This document shows, piece by piece, positions 49,521 to 59,461 of a stretch of DNA of 64,000 nucleotides. The translations under genes and the position numbers were made by a program. Below the pieces are notes generated by a model, which worked only from the letters and a program-made list of their open reading frames with translations, searched no databases and had not been told where the DNA came from. The number at the start of each line of letters is the position of its first letter. The first letter of the stretch is position 1. The DNA is from Candidatus Adlerbacteria bacterium. Lineage in GTDB: Bacteria > Patescibacteriota > Minisyncoccia > Phycocordibacterales > SBAW01. Where the stretch lies: positions 65,073-129,072 of the forward strand of contig JAQBRA010000002.1 of NCBI GenBank assembly GCA_028286685.1, given 5' to 3'.

Positions 49521-49979
49521 TTACCGAGCCTGGGTACGGACAGAACCGCCGGCCGGAGCCGCCATGCCAGCCGGGCGGATTTGGACCGACTGGGCGGTCA
49601 CGCTGCCGTCGCCGTTGGCGCTGCCGGTTACCGTGACCATGGTGCCGATTGAAAGGTCATCCGCGCTTCCCTCTGCCTGCTTGAGCACTTGGGTCGAGCC
49701 GCCTATCAGTACAAGCTTGGTGCTGCCGTCCTGCATTTTGACCGTTACGCCATTTGCATCCTTGGACAGTATCTCGCCCGCAACAAGTCCGCCGCCGCGC
49801 ACCATAGTTGTCCCTCCCGCGCCGCGCATCATAAATTGCGCATTGCCGCCTGCGGCTGAAAAGCCGCTGCGCATCGTCGAGGCGCTTTTGGCATAGCTCA
49901 TGCCGCCCCAAAAGCTCGCACTGAGGAGCACTACTGCCGCGACTGCGCCCCCTATCATCTGATTCTTCGTTATATGCAT
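49521..49979 (-). CDS. DUF5666-like membrane-anchored protein
   Basis: [36 protein letters not shown]. Confidence 0.75.
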   Translation of the reverse strand: MHITKNQMIGGAVAAVVLLSASFWGGMSYAKSASTMRSGFSAAGGNAQFMMRGAGGTTMVRGGGLVAGEILSKDANGVTVKMQDGSTKLVLIGGSTQVLKQAEGSADDLSIGTMVTVTGSANGDGSVTAQSVQIRPAGMAAPAGGSVRTQAR

Positions 49980-50012
49980 ATGCGTTATTTCTAACTTCTA
50001 GTAGTAATGCTG

Positions 50013-51242
50013 TTACTCGTACCGCAGCGCCTCAATGGGGTTGAGCCCCGCTGCGCGCCGCGCCGGATACCATCCGAACACGATGCCGATAATCGCCGAG
50101 GTACAAAACGCCAGTGCCACTGCGGTGAGCGACAGGCTGGTCGATATGAGTCCGCTCTGGTTGACGCCCCACGATATCGCCGCACCAAGCGCAATGCCCA
50201 CCACGCCGCCTATGACCGTCAGCGCCATGGCCTCGACTAGGAACTGGCGGCTTATGTCGGAGCGGCGCGCACCTATGGCTTTGCGCAGGCCTATCTCGCG
50301 GGTGCGCTCGGTCACCGTCGTGAGCATCATATTCATGATGCCGATGCCGCCGACCAAAAGCGATATCCCGGCGATAGCGCCCAAAAGAAGGGTCAGCGTT
50401 GCGGTAATGGACGAGGCGCTCGAGAGTATATCGGCCTGGTTGAGCACGCTGAAGTCAGCCGCCGAGGAGTCGCTGATGCGATGTCGTTCAAGCAGGAGCG
50501 CGGTGATATCGGCCTGCACCCCAGTCATCACATCGGACGAGGCAGCCTGTACGTCGATAGTCGTCAAATATTTATCGCCCGCAAGATAGCGGCTGGCCGG
50601 CTGCTGCGGGATATAGATGATGTCGTCCTGGTTTTGGAATCCGCTCCCGCCCTTTGCCGCCGTAATGCCGATCACCTTGAACTCCATGCCCTTGATGCGG
50701 ATCGCAGAGCCTATGACATCGGCAGCGAGCGCTTCTTCGCCGAAGAGATCGGCCATAGTGGTAGGCCCTAGGACCGCTACCTTTGCCGCAGAGGCATCCT
50801 GGCTCTCGCTGAAAAACGAGCCCTCGGCCACAGCCAGGTTTCGTATCTCCGGATAGGAAGCAGTGACGCCGTTAACCGTCGTATTAGTATTGGTGCCTTT
50901 GGCGGTTATCTGATAGCGGCCCGATACTTCGCCGGCAACGCCTAACACTCCCTCAAGGCTCGCGATCGTTTCGGCGTCGGCTACCGTCAGCGTCTTAGCG
51001 CCGCCGCGACCGCCCGAGGCACTGAAGCCCTGCGTACGGGCTGCGCCGGGAGAAATAAGCAGCAGGTTGGAGCCCAGGGACTCGATGCTCGACTGTATGG
51101 AAGAGGTCGCGCCCTGCCCGATGGAGACAAGCGCAATGACGGAGGAAATGCCGATAACGATGCCAAGCATCGTGAGTCCCGAGCGGGTCTTGTTTGCCGA
51201 AAGGGCGGCGTATGTTTCCTGGAGGGTATCGTTGAAAGTCAT
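50013..51242 (-). CDS. ABC transporter permease (MacB-like)
   Basis: RSGLTMLGIVIG, VGGIGIMNMM..ERTREIGLRKAIGA, PIEALRYE. Confidence 0.96.
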   Translation of the reverse strand: MTFNDTLQETYAALSANKTRSGLTMLGIVIGISSVIALVSIGQGATSSIQSSIESLGSNLLLISPGAARTQGFSASGGRGGAKTLTVADAETIASLEGVLGVAGEVSGRYQITAKGTNTNTTVNGVTASYPEIRNLAVAEGSFFSESQDASAAKVAVLGPTTMADLFGEEALAADVIGSAIRIKGMEFKVIGITAAKGGSGFQNQDDIIYIPQQPASRYLAGDKYLTTIDVQAASSDVMTGVQADITALLLERHRISDSSAADFSVLNQADILSSASSITATLTLLLGAIAGISLLVGGIGIMNMMLTTVTERTREIGLRKAIGARRSDISRQFLVEAMALTVIGGVVGIALGAAISWGVNQSGLISTSLSLTAVALAFCTSAIIGIVFGWYPARRAAGLNPIEALRYE

Positions 51243-51250
51243 AAGCTTCT

Positions 51251-51337
51251 AGAAAAAGTTCCTGAAAAAAGTCCTCGGGTCTCCCGTATCGCGCTCGGCG
51301 CGCTCTCGGGCCAGACTATTTTTCATAAACTTTTTCT
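51251..51337. repeat. imperfect inverted-repeat element inside the ABC operon
   Basis: AGAAAAAGTT..TGAAAAA.AGTC / GACT.TTTTTCA..AACTTTTTCT around a GC-rich core. Confidence 0.6.
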
Positions 51338-52020
51338 CTGCGCGATTTCTCGTCGGATACGATAACTCCGTCGCGGATCGTAATGACGCGGTCGGCATGC
51401 GCCGCCACATCCGGCTCGTGGGTAATGAGAATAATAGTGCGGCCGTGCTCGCGGTTGAGCGTTTGGAACGTGCCGAGCACGATCTCGCCGGTCTTGGTGT
51501 CGAGATTGCCGGTCGGCTCATCGGCCAGAATGAGCGTCGGGTCGTTGACTAGCGCCCGCGCTATGGCCACGCGCTGGATCTGCCCGCCGGAGAGCTCATT
51601 GCTCTTGTGTAGAAAATGGGTCTTGACCATGCCTGCCGCCTCAAGGGAACGCTCGGCGCGCCGCTGCCGCTCCCCTTCCTCTACCCCGGCGTACATCAGC
51701 GGCAGCATGACGTTGCGCAGCACGGTCGTGCGCGGCAGCAGGTTAAACGCCTGGAACACGAAGCCGATGTGGTCTTTGCGGATATCGGCAAGCGCTTCGT
51801 CGTCGAGCGTCGACACGTCTTTGCCGTCGAGGAGGTACGCGCCGGATGTCGGCGTATCGAGGCACCCCAATATGTGCATGAGGGTCGACTTGCCCGAGCC
51901 CGACGGGCCCATGATGGCGACGAATTCTCCGTCTTCGATTCGGAATGAGACTCCCTTAAGCGCCTGGAATGCGGTCTCGCCCTGCCCGTATGTCTTGGTT
52001 ATGTCCTTAATTTCAATCAT
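51316..52020 (-). CDS. ABC transporter ATP-binding protein (MacB/LolD-like)
   Basis: [35 protein letters not shown]. Confidence 0.97.
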   Translation of the reverse strand: MIEIKDITKTYGQGETAFQALKGVSFRIEDGEFVAIMGPSGSGKSTLMHILGCLDTPTSGAYLLDGKDVSTLDDEALADIRKDHIGFVFQAFNLLPRTTVLRNVMLPLMYAGVEEGERQRRAERSLEAAGMVKTHFLHKSNELSGGQIQRVAIARALVNDPTLILADEPTGNLDTKTGEIVLGTFQTLNREHGRTIILITHEPDVAAHADRVITIRDGVIVSDEKSRREKVYEK

Positions 52021-52025
52021 GAAAT

Positions 52026-53729
52026 TTAGAAGGCCCGCATGACCGCTCCCGCCGGGGCCGTGCCGCCCACGCCGCCAGTGCGTACTCCGGTAGCGCCACT
52101 AGCAGATCTTGTGGCAGATGCAGTGGCGGCGCTTGAAGCGGCAATTGAGCGCACTACGATCTGGCGCCCCTCCTCCAAGCCGGAAACTATCTCAACATTC
52201 GCATCGTCGGAAATTCCAACCTCGACTTGAACCTGTACCGGAGCGACGGCGGAGGCGACTCCTTGCGAGCCGGCTGTAGCCGCACTCTCATCAAGGACCG
52301 GGTCAAAGACGAGCACGTAATTCTGGCCCTGCGATGTTTTAACCGCGCTTGCGGGCACCATGAGTACGTCGAGCGCCGTCTCAGTCTGGATATTCGCGTT
52401 GACCGTCATGCCTGGCTTGATGCGGCTATCCTGAGCGTCGAGCGCTATCTGCACGCCATAGGAAACGACCCCGGAGCTTACGGCGCCGATCGCATCAACT
52501 TCGACGACCGTGCCGGTAAGCGTCAGGTCTTCGAGCGCATCGAACGTGAGCGTCGCCTTCTGGCCTACCGCTACTTTGGCCGCATCAACTTCATTGAGAG
52601 ACACTTCGGCGATCTGGGACTTACTAATGAGCGTCGCCACTGCAGTGCCGCTGCTGCCGGCCTCCCCTACTTTGGCATCCACGGAAGCTATTACGCCGCT
52701 AAACGGCGCATATACGGAGTAGTCGGCGAGCGCTTCGCGCTTCTGAGCAACTTCTAGCGCCTGCGAGCGGCGATCCAGATCGTCCGGACCATCCTTTATG
52801 TCACCAAGCGCATCCTGCGCCTTGGTCAAAGCTCGCTTGCTTGCAGTAATAGATGCCTGCGCCGAGGAAAGCGCCGAGACGATGCCGTTTGCCGTCCCCG
52901 TGAGCTCGGTTACAGAAGCGTAGGCTTCATCAGCAGCGGAATTGCCGTCATGACTGCGCATATACACGACTGCATCCTGAGAATATTTGGCGGCCGAAGA
53001 CACTGCTGAAGCTGCCTCGTATGACTGATTAAGCAGTGTATCAATCTCAGACTCTGAAGCGGCGAGCGGCACCGACCGGTAACTCTTTACAAGGGCACTG
53101 AGGAGCAGGTCTGCTTCGTACCAGGCGTCCCGCGCGCGATCACGGTATTCCTTCTCTGTCGGAGTAAGGCTGTAGTTTTGTATAGATAGATACCCAGTTC
53201 TGGCAAACAGGTCGTTGAGGCCTGTCAGAACATCCGGCATGTCGGTCGACGCCTTGGTGAGGGTTGCCCGAGCTGACACATAAGACGCCTCGACATTTTC
53301 CCCTGCTTCGTCTGCGGATGTCTGTGCATCACGCAGATCGCCCGAATCCACCGTCACCAGCTTTTCGTACTCAAGCTGCGCGGTCTCAAGAGCGTCGGCC
53401 GCGTCTCCCGCGTCGAGCCGCACCAGCAGCTGGCCTGCCTTTACTTCCTGGCCGGCCTTAACTCCGACATAGGTCACCTTGCCCGACGCCCCAGGCTTTA
53501 GATCTACTTGGTTGGATGCGGATACCTGACCGGAAGCCGACAAGGAGGAAACGATCGTCCCCCGCTCGACCGTACCCAGCACATAGCGCGTCTCAATGCT
53601 TGCCGCCGTTGCCTTGCCGAAGACATACCATCCTCCCGCAAGCAGCAAGACAGCTGCCACGAGGCTTATGGCCCTGTGCGCGGATACATATGTCCCAAGT
53701 GCGGAGAAAAATCGAGCAAGCGTATTCAT
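52026..53729 (-). CDS. efflux membrane-fusion (periplasmic adaptor) protein, MacA/HlyD-like
   Basis: Lipoyl-like halves VKAGQEVKAGQ and APFSGVI, long coiled coil, PGMTVNANI, EIVSGLEEG. Confidence 0.92.
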   Translation of the reverse strand: MNTLARFFSALGTYVSAHRAISLVAAVLLLAGGWYVFGKATAASIETRYVLGTVERGTIVSSLSASGQVSASNQVDLKPGASGKVTYVGVKAGQEVKAGQLLVRLDAGDAADALETAQLEYEKLVTVDSGDLRDAQTSADEAGENVEASYVSARATLTKASTDMPDVLTGLNDLFARTGYLSIQNYSLTPTEKEYRDRARDAWYEADLLLSALVKSYRSVPLAASESEIDTLLNQSYEAASAVSSAAKYSQDAVVYMRSHDGNSAADEAYASVTELTGTANGIVSALSSAQASITASKRALTKAQDALGDIKDGPDDLDRRSQALEVAQKREALADYSVYAPFSGVIASVDAKVGEAGSSGTAVATLISKSQIAEVSLNEVDAAKVAVGQKATLTFDALEDLTLTGTVVEVDAIGAVSSGVVSYGVQIALDAQDSRIKPGMTVNANIQTETALDVLMVPASAVKTSQGQNYVLVFDPVLDESAATAGSQGVASAVAPVQVQVEVGISDDANVEIVSGLEEGRQIVVRSIAASSAATASATRSASGATGVRTGGVGGTAPAGAVMRAF

Positions 53730-53853
53730 GTGGCTATGGTATTTAAAGAATAAAATGAGTGAGACGGCAAAAACGGACGACAGTACTCCATTACAAGCAT
53801 TTCAGCTTACCTGGCTACTAGTACACCCCTCGCAAGCCATTTATTTCATATAT

Positions 53854-54279
53854 TTACCAAAACAGAACCAAGGCCAGTATGGCCGCTCCGACCCACGATG
53901 CGGCAGAAACCGCGCCGCTCAGCATCAGCGGGATTTTTTGCTTTTTCGTCAGCGAGGCAAACGAGCCCCGGGTCGGCAAGTGCATGAGCTTCTCTATAAC
54001 GAATGCGTTGATTACCAAGGCTCCGACGAACGCCATCTTCATCCAAAAGAGCGGCTGCCCGAGCAAGTAATCGCGCATCGGCCAGAAAAGTATGAGGCCA
54101 GTCAGGATAATGAGCGAGAGGGCTACCGACACTACATGATGCGCCCTGAGAATGTGCTGGTGCAGCAGCACATCTTTTTTGCCACGCAGCCAAGCCAGCG
54201 CCTGCGAATCCGCATAGAGCATGCCCAGCGCCGCAAGCGCGAGACCGGCTATATGGATATACAGAATTAGGTCATCCAT
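53854..54279 (-). CDS. 4-TM membrane protein
   Basis: Hydrophobic helices with His residues, FWMKMAFV. Confidence 0.75.
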   Translation of the reverse strand: MDDLILYIHIAGLALAALGMLYADSQALAWLRGKKDVLLHQHILRAHHVVSVALSLIILTGLILFWPMRDYLLGQPLFWMKMAFVGALVINAFVIEKLMHLPTRGSFASLTKKQKIPLMLSGAVSAASWVGAAILALVLFW

Positions 54280-54284
54280 ACCAA

Positions 54285-54731
54285 TTATTGGGCGAGCGCT
54301 GCCAGATAAAAGCTTGCGAGCTCAGACTCGGGGCGGCGCTCGCCACCATGCTGGCCGTTGAAGGCCGCAGAGCCGTCGCGCCCACACATCGACAGTATGG
54401 CTGACTTGCCGCCCGGATGCTGATTTATCCAAGAGGTAAGGTCGTACACCTTGCCATTGACGACGCTCCAGCAGCTTGCGGCGGAGTTATGTGTTGCGAC
54501 CGCCGCCATGGTGTAGGGCGACGCGGTCGGTGTTTGAACTGGGGCCTTAGCCGGCGCTGTCGGCTTTGTTGTGGAATCGGGCGCGGAAGAAGTCGGGACG
54601 GAGGACTTCGGAACCGGGATTGCCGCCTGCGGCGCATCCGCCAGGGACATCTCCGGGGTGCGCATATAGAAGGCTGCCGAAAATACGACAATTGCAACGA
54701 AGCCTACAAGGCCCAAAATTTTAGTACTCAT
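54285..54731 (-). CDS. cytochrome b5-like heme/steroid-binding protein
   Basis: VATHNSAASCW..GKVYDLT..HPGG..CGRDGS..QHG. Confidence 0.92.
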   Translation of the reverse strand: MSTKILGLVGFVAIVVFSAAFYMRTPEMSLADAPQAAIPVPKSSVPTSSAPDSTTKPTAPAKAPVQTPTASPYTMAAVATHNSAASCWSVVNGKVYDLTSWINQHPGGKSAILSMCGRDGSAAFNGQHGGERRPESELASFYLAALAQ

Positions 54732-54765
54732 ACTTCCTTAATACAAACCAAGAAAGGTTATTATT

Positions 54766-55512
54766 TCAATTTTCTATCTCCTGCGTCTCCGGCGCATGGG
54801 ATGGCACCTTGCGCACACCAAAAGCGCGTATAACCACATCGTCCTCATCGTTATCCTTGTCTCCATCGCCCGCAATAAGGACGGTGTCCCCTACCACAAG
54901 CCCCGAAGTAGTCGCTCGAAGATCATTTAGGGGCAGAATGACGGTTACGAGCGAACCGCTGCGCACGTCTTTAACCTGCAACATGTTTTTATCTATGTTC
55001 AAAATACTGCATACACATATACCATTCCTAGGCGGCGGCATACGGCGAACCTGTCCATAGAATATGTTTGCGGGCCGGAATAGCTCGTCCCTGTCGGAGC
55101 GGCGCAAGAGCTCGTCGTTGAACCCTGTTCCCCGATCAAGTAAAAATCCAAAAACAAGCGTGCCAAGCACAAGACCCGCAAGTACATATGCCACAGGAAT
55201 CCGATAGCCAAAGCGGAATTCCCGTATTAGCCATTGAAGCGCGAAAACGAGAGCAGTATCGATAAGCAGAAGCACCCAAGGAAAGAACGCCAAAAACGCG
55301 AACACGCCGCGCGGGCCGAATCCAATAAGCGTTCCCTGGCTGTTGATGCGGATGCTAAAGAGGATGAAATTGAGTATGAAAACCGAAACCACCAGTATTG
55401 CAGCAGCTATTGCCGACAAGGCTGCCACCTTGAGCACGAAGTAGTACCGCGGGCGCATGGATACCTGGCCGTCGCGTATTTTTTTCAGTAAATTCTCTTT
55501 TAGATTATCCAT
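54766..55512 (-). CDS. membrane protein, probable anti-sigma factor
   Basis: Overlaps the ECF sigma stop; three TM helices plus an extracellular domain. Confidence 0.65.
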   Translation of the reverse strand: MDNLKENLLKKIRDGQVSMRPRYYFVLKVAALSAIAAAILVVSVFILNFILFSIRINSQGTLIGFGPRGVFAFLAFFPWVLLLIDTALVFALQWLIREFRFGYRIPVAYVLAGLVLGTLVFGFLLDRGTGFNDELLRRSDRDELFRPANIFYGQVRRMPPPRNGICVCSILNIDKNMLQVKDVRSGSLVTVILPLNDLRATTSGLVVGDTVLIAGDGDKDNDEDDVVIRAFGVRKVPSHAPETQEIEN

Positions 55513-56059
55513 AAGATTTTTCCAGCTTTTCGTACTCCTTCCTGAGCGCCTCTTTCGCCCGCCTGAGCCTGATCCCCACCGTGCCCTGCGGCACCTGGAG
55601 GATGTCTGCTATGTCCTTATAAGAAAGCTCTTCTAGGTAGTAGAGTATCAGCACTTCGCGGTACTTATAGTCGAGGCCGTCGAGCGACTTCCCGAGCATC
55701 GCTTTTATTTCTTCCTGCTCGCGCTCGCGCGGCGCAGGATCGTCGTAAGCCGGATGCGCCAAAAACGTATCAAAGTCGACATACACCAGAGGGTTGCGCG
55801 ACTTGCGGCGCAGGCCGTTTACGAACGCGTTGTGCGCAATACGGTATATCCAGGGACTGAACTTCTGCGAAGCATCGAAGCTTTGGATGTTCTGGTACGC
55901 GCTCACGAACACGTCCTGCACGATATCCTCTATGTCCTCGCGCGCGGACAGGAACTTGCGCCCATAGCGCAGGAGTTTAGCCTCGTATTGTTCCACCAAA
56001 GGGCCGAACATGTCGGGATTGCCCGCCTGCACCGCTTTTGCGAGCTCTTCGTCGGTCAT
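55505..56059 (-). CDS. ECF RNA polymerase sigma factor
   Basis: DIVQDVF, FSPWIYRIAHN, LSYKDIADIL..GTV..RLRRAK. Confidence 0.96.
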   Translation of the reverse strand: MTDEELAKAVQAGNPDMFGPLVEQYEAKLLRYGRKFLSAREDIEDIVQDVFVSAYQNIQSFDASQKFSPWIYRIAHNAFVNGLRRKSRNPLVYVDFDTFLAHPAYDDPAPREREQEEIKAMLGKSLDGLDYKYREVLILYYLEELSYKDIADILQVPQGTVGIRLRRAKEALRKEYEKLEKSYG

Positions 56060-56148
56060 CCCTTAATAATACAACCCAGCTGCCCGGTTTATTTCATACA
56101 GGCTACAGGCCCCGCAAAGGGGCCTGTAGTGCCTATGGACTGCTTCGG

Positions 56149-56577
56149 TTACTGCACCCGGGGTGTCCCGCGGCCGTGCCGACCAGTCTCGGTTGCGGTA
56201 ACTGCGTAGTTTTGGTCGAACTTTACCGTGACGCGGCTGCCGTCTGCCTTAGTCATGTGAGCCTCGTAAGCAGCGCCCTCGGCGTCGTTCTCGACTCGCT
56301 CGACTGTGCCTCCGGGGACTGCCGCCAAGGCCGCTGCAGTGACTCGAGCCGCGGCGTCGCCGGTCAATAGTTCCTCTTTGATGCCATTGTGCCCGACGTG
56401 GCCCCCCATATGCGGACTGCGTTGCGACTGAGCCGATGCGGAGGTATCGGTCGTTGTAGTGACCGCCGTGGCCGCATCGACTGTCTGCGCGCTTGCGAGA
56501 GTCGCCATGCCTGCCCCGCCCCCAAGCGCCGCGAGGGCGCCTAGGGCAAGGAGGGATTTAGTCAGTGTGCTTTTCAT
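56149..56577 (-). CDS. secreted PepSY-like protein
   Basis: Signal peptide; AALAAVPGGTVERVEND..YEAHM; terminator hairpin at 56102-56130. Confidence 0.75.
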   Translation of the reverse strand: MKSTLTKSLLALGALAALGGGAGMATLASAQTVDAATAVTTTTDTSASAQSQRSPHMGGHVGHNGIKEELLTGDAAARVTAAALAAVPGGTVERVENDAEGAAYEAHMTKADGSRVTVKFDQNYAVTATETGRHGRGTPRVQ

Positions 56578-56691
56578 GTATGCGTTGGTGTTAGGAATTA
56601 ATGCCGGCGAGGGTCGGATCTTTCCTTCCCTCACCTATTACTACACCCGCCTTACAGCGATTATTTCACCTTTACAAAGGCTCTTTTTATT

Positions 56692-58854
56692 TTATTGCGA
56701 TGCAACGACGCGCACCGTGCCTATGTTGTCGAAGCGCTTATTGAGCAGGCCGTCGGCATTGTTGAGCACTACGACAGACACCGCATAATCGCCGGGCGAC
56801 AGGGTCGCAGGCACTCTGAGGCTGAAGGACTTTTGCGAGTCGTGGAGTATATCGGCATTTGTCCTGCTCTCTGCCGCAACTGCGCCGCCGCTGTTTATAA
56901 GCTGCACGCGTACCGATACATTGTTGGCATTATCGCCCTGGCTTATGAGCGAGGCGCCGACCGAGGGCTGCTGGCCTTGCACTACATTCTGCTTGGGCAG
57001 ATCGGTAACTACAATCTGTACATTGCCGTTGCGGATGGGCGATTGTGCTGGGCCGGACGAGGGAGGAGGAGAGGCCGGCGGAGTCGAGGTAGGCGAAGGA
57101 GGGGGCGGGCTTTGCGGCTGGCCGCTTACGACCGAGAAGGCCGCCGCCTCGTTGTTCCAGACATAGAGCTTGGACCAATCGGGGCTGAATACTGCCGAGG
57201 TTATGCGGTACGTACCCGCCGCCGGAGGAGTCCAGGAAAGCGAGTAGCTTTTTATCTCCCCCGCCGCAAAGCTTTGCGCGCCGAAGAATTGCTGGAACTT
57301 CTTTTGCCCCGCGGAGTCGTACACCTCGACGTCGACCAGGGCAGACGCAGCCCCGCCCGTGGCTTTTGCCGAGGCGGTAAAGCCTACCGCCTGGCCGAGC
57401 GGAGATTGCGCCGGCGCCGAGGCGCTTGCAGTAAACGCGGCGGCCGCAGGCGGCGGAGTCGGCGTGCCTGAGGAAACAGCTACAGTGCCAGCGCTGCCGT
57501 TCCACGCATAGACCGGAGTCCATCCGGGCCCGAAGACCCCCACTTTTATCTGGTAGGTGCCGGGGGCGGACGGAGTCCACGATACGGAGTAGTTCTTGGT
57601 ACCGAGGGGGATGCTCTCATTTTCATAAAATTTTTGCAGTACGCGGGCGCCTGCCGAATCGTACACCTCGATATCGACCACAATGCCCTGCTCTGCCTGG
57701 CCGGTATTGGTAACCGACGCGCTGATGGTCGCGGCCGAGCCCGGAGCTACAGTAGCCGACTGCGCGCTTGCGGCAAGCGCATGCGGGCCGCTTGAGGCGG
57801 GAGGCGTCGAGGACGCGCCGCCGCTGAACCAGTTTTTCATTGTGATTTCCGCCGGTTTGTTTTGGGGCGAGTAATTGGTGTCTTGGCCGGAAGGGTTGGG
57901 CCGCGCGCTCCACTCCCACAAGTACACGCCGCTCAAGTACGGCGAATTGTTCCAGTAAGAAAAGAGCGCTTCATACGCGTTGTCCTGCTCCTGCAGGTTG
58001 ATGCCGTTATTTATATAGTAGTCACCCGGGTCCAGGTGCGCGCCGCCGGTCGACTTGTACCCTATCTCGCTGAACACGATACGCTTGCCGGTGCGCTGCG
58101 CGAGAGGCCCGAGATCGTTCTTGTCTACGGCCTCCCACGCCGCCTTAAAGGTCGCAACCGAGTTGTCGTTGTAATCGTTACCGAGCTTGAAGTACGCGTC
58201 GATGGCTATATAGTCGACCGCATCCCAAAAAGCGATGCGGTTCTTTTCGTCGTTCCATTGGCCCTTGGGGCCCCAGTTGGCCGCATATGACACCGTGCCG
58301 GAGTAGACCGAGCGCACATCGGCTATGATCTTACGCCAGCCGGGAGTATTGGCTGCACTGGCGTCGCCTGCCGACATCTTTATAAGCTCAGTGCCGACTA
58401 TGAGGCTTTCGGCGCCGTGCGCCTGCGCGAGCGAGGCGTAGCGCTTGATGGTGGCGCCATAGGAGGCAAACCAGGGCGCACGGTCGGCATCTATATTTGC
58501 GCGCCATTGCCCGTCTTGGGGATCAAGATGCGGCTTTAGCGTGACCGAAAGCCCGAGACTGTGTGCAAAATCTATCGCGCGGCCGATAGAGGCATCGCTC
58601 GGCGTCTGCCCCCCGGCGTAAATTTCGGAAGAATAGATATTGGCCTGGAAGATGGGCACCACCAAACTAACCGCATTAGCATGGTCGGCCTTAAGCTGCC
58701 GCAGCGACTGCTTGAATTCCTCGCTGTCAAAATCGGTCGACCACATGGGGGCGATATTGGCTCCCCGCTCGCCAGAGGCGATGCTGGCCCACGAGACGGA
58801 TGGGCAAACCAAAAGCGCGAACGCGCACAAAATAATGCCCGCATGTCGATACAT
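56692..58854 (-). CDS. secreted GH113-like TIM-barrel glycoside hydrolase with tandem Ig-like domains
   Basis: LKPHLD, VGTEL, YAANW, FWDAVDYIAIDAYF, FSEIGY; two homologous VDxEVYDSAG..SWTP..GTY repeats. Confidence 0.85.
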   Translation of the reverse strand: MYRHAGIILCAFALLVCPSVSWASIASGERGANIAPMWSTDFDSEEFKQSLRQLKADHANAVSLVVPIFQANIYSSEIYAGGQTPSDASIGRAIDFAHSLGLSVTLKPHLDPQDGQWRANIDADRAPWFASYGATIKRYASLAQAHGAESLIVGTELIKMSAGDASAANTPGWRKIIADVRSVYSGTVSYAANWGPKGQWNDEKNRIAFWDAVDYIAIDAYFKLGNDYNDNSVATFKAAWEAVDKNDLGPLAQRTGKRIVFSEIGYKSTGGAHLDPGDYYINNGINLQEQDNAYEALFSYWNNSPYLSGVYLWEWSARPNPSGQDTNYSPQNKPAEITMKNWFSGGASSTPPASSGPHALAASAQSATVAPGSAATISASVTNTGQAEQGIVVDIEVYDSAGARVLQKFYENESIPLGTKNYSVSWTPSAPGTYQIKVGVFGPGWTPVYAWNGSAGTVAVSSGTPTPPPAAAAFTASASAPAQSPLGQAVGFTASAKATGGAASALVDVEVYDSAGQKKFQQFFGAQSFAAGEIKSYSLSWTPPAAGTYRITSAVFSPDWSKLYVWNNEAAAFSVVSGQPQSPPPPSPTSTPPASPPPSSGPAQSPIRNGNVQIVVTDLPKQNVVQGQQPSVGASLISQGDNANNVSVRVQLINSGGAVAAESRTNADILHDSQKSFSLRVPATLSPGDYAVSVVVLNNADGLLNKRFDNIGTVRVVASQ

Positions 58855-58896
58855 ACGGGCATTATCCTTGAATTCAGCTGAAGGAAGCTTGAAGTC

Positions 58897-59325
58897 CTAG
58901 AGCTTAAACCAGAGCCGGTCGAGCGAGTAGCGTCCCGCCCCTGAAACCAGAAGCGTCAGGCATGCGGCAAAGATAAGTACAATAAACTCGTAGCCGCCAC
59001 CGCCGACGAAGAAGCCATGGCTTGCATGTACCGTCAGGAATGCCATGAGCGCCACGAAACCGGTTACGAATGCAGAGAGTCGGGTAAGCGCTCCTAATAT
59101 GAGCAGGATGCCGCCGCCGAGCTCTGCCGCGATAAGCAGCACCGCGAAGACTTCCGGCATGGGAAAGCCGAGGCCGCCAAGGAAGCCGGTTACGCCCTCA
59201 ACGCCCATCTGGGTCAGCTTCTGGTAGCCATGCATAGCGAATACTGCGCCCAATGCCAGGCGCAAGACAAGAACTCCCGCGTCGCCCCAGCTTGCCGCCC
59301 AATGGAATGAAAGGAACTTGTGCAT
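58897..59325 (-). CDS. DoxX family protein
   Basis: LRLALGAVFAMHGYQK, ELGGG, GYEF, GAGRYSLD. Confidence 0.94.
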   Translation of the reverse strand: MHKFLSFHWAASWGDAGVLVLRLALGAVFAMHGYQKLTQMGVEGVTGFLGGLGFPMPEVFAVLLIAAELGGGILLILGALTRLSAFVTGFVALMAFLTVHASHGFFVGGGGYEFIVLIFAACLTLLVSGAGRYSLDRLWFKL

Positions 59326-59363
59326 GAATTAAAAATCTAAGCTGCTAATGCCGTAAGTATAAC

Positions 59364-59438
59364 CCGAGCGAGCGAGCGAAATAAAGCAAAGCTTTCTTTC
59401 CGAGCGAGCGACGGTTATATGAGCGCCGAGGCTCATAT
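59364..59438 (-). repeat. dispersed ~77-bp palindromic repeat, copy 2
   Basis: Reverse complement aligns with 12741-12818, including an identical 17-mer CCGTCGCTCGCTCGGAA. Confidence 0.8.
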
Positions 59439-59461
59439 ACCATTGTGCCGTTTGGGGCAGC

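Noticed and set aside
51249-51521. 90-aa ORF between the ABC ATPase and permease
   Set aside because: Alternative frame of the ATPase running into the inverted repeat
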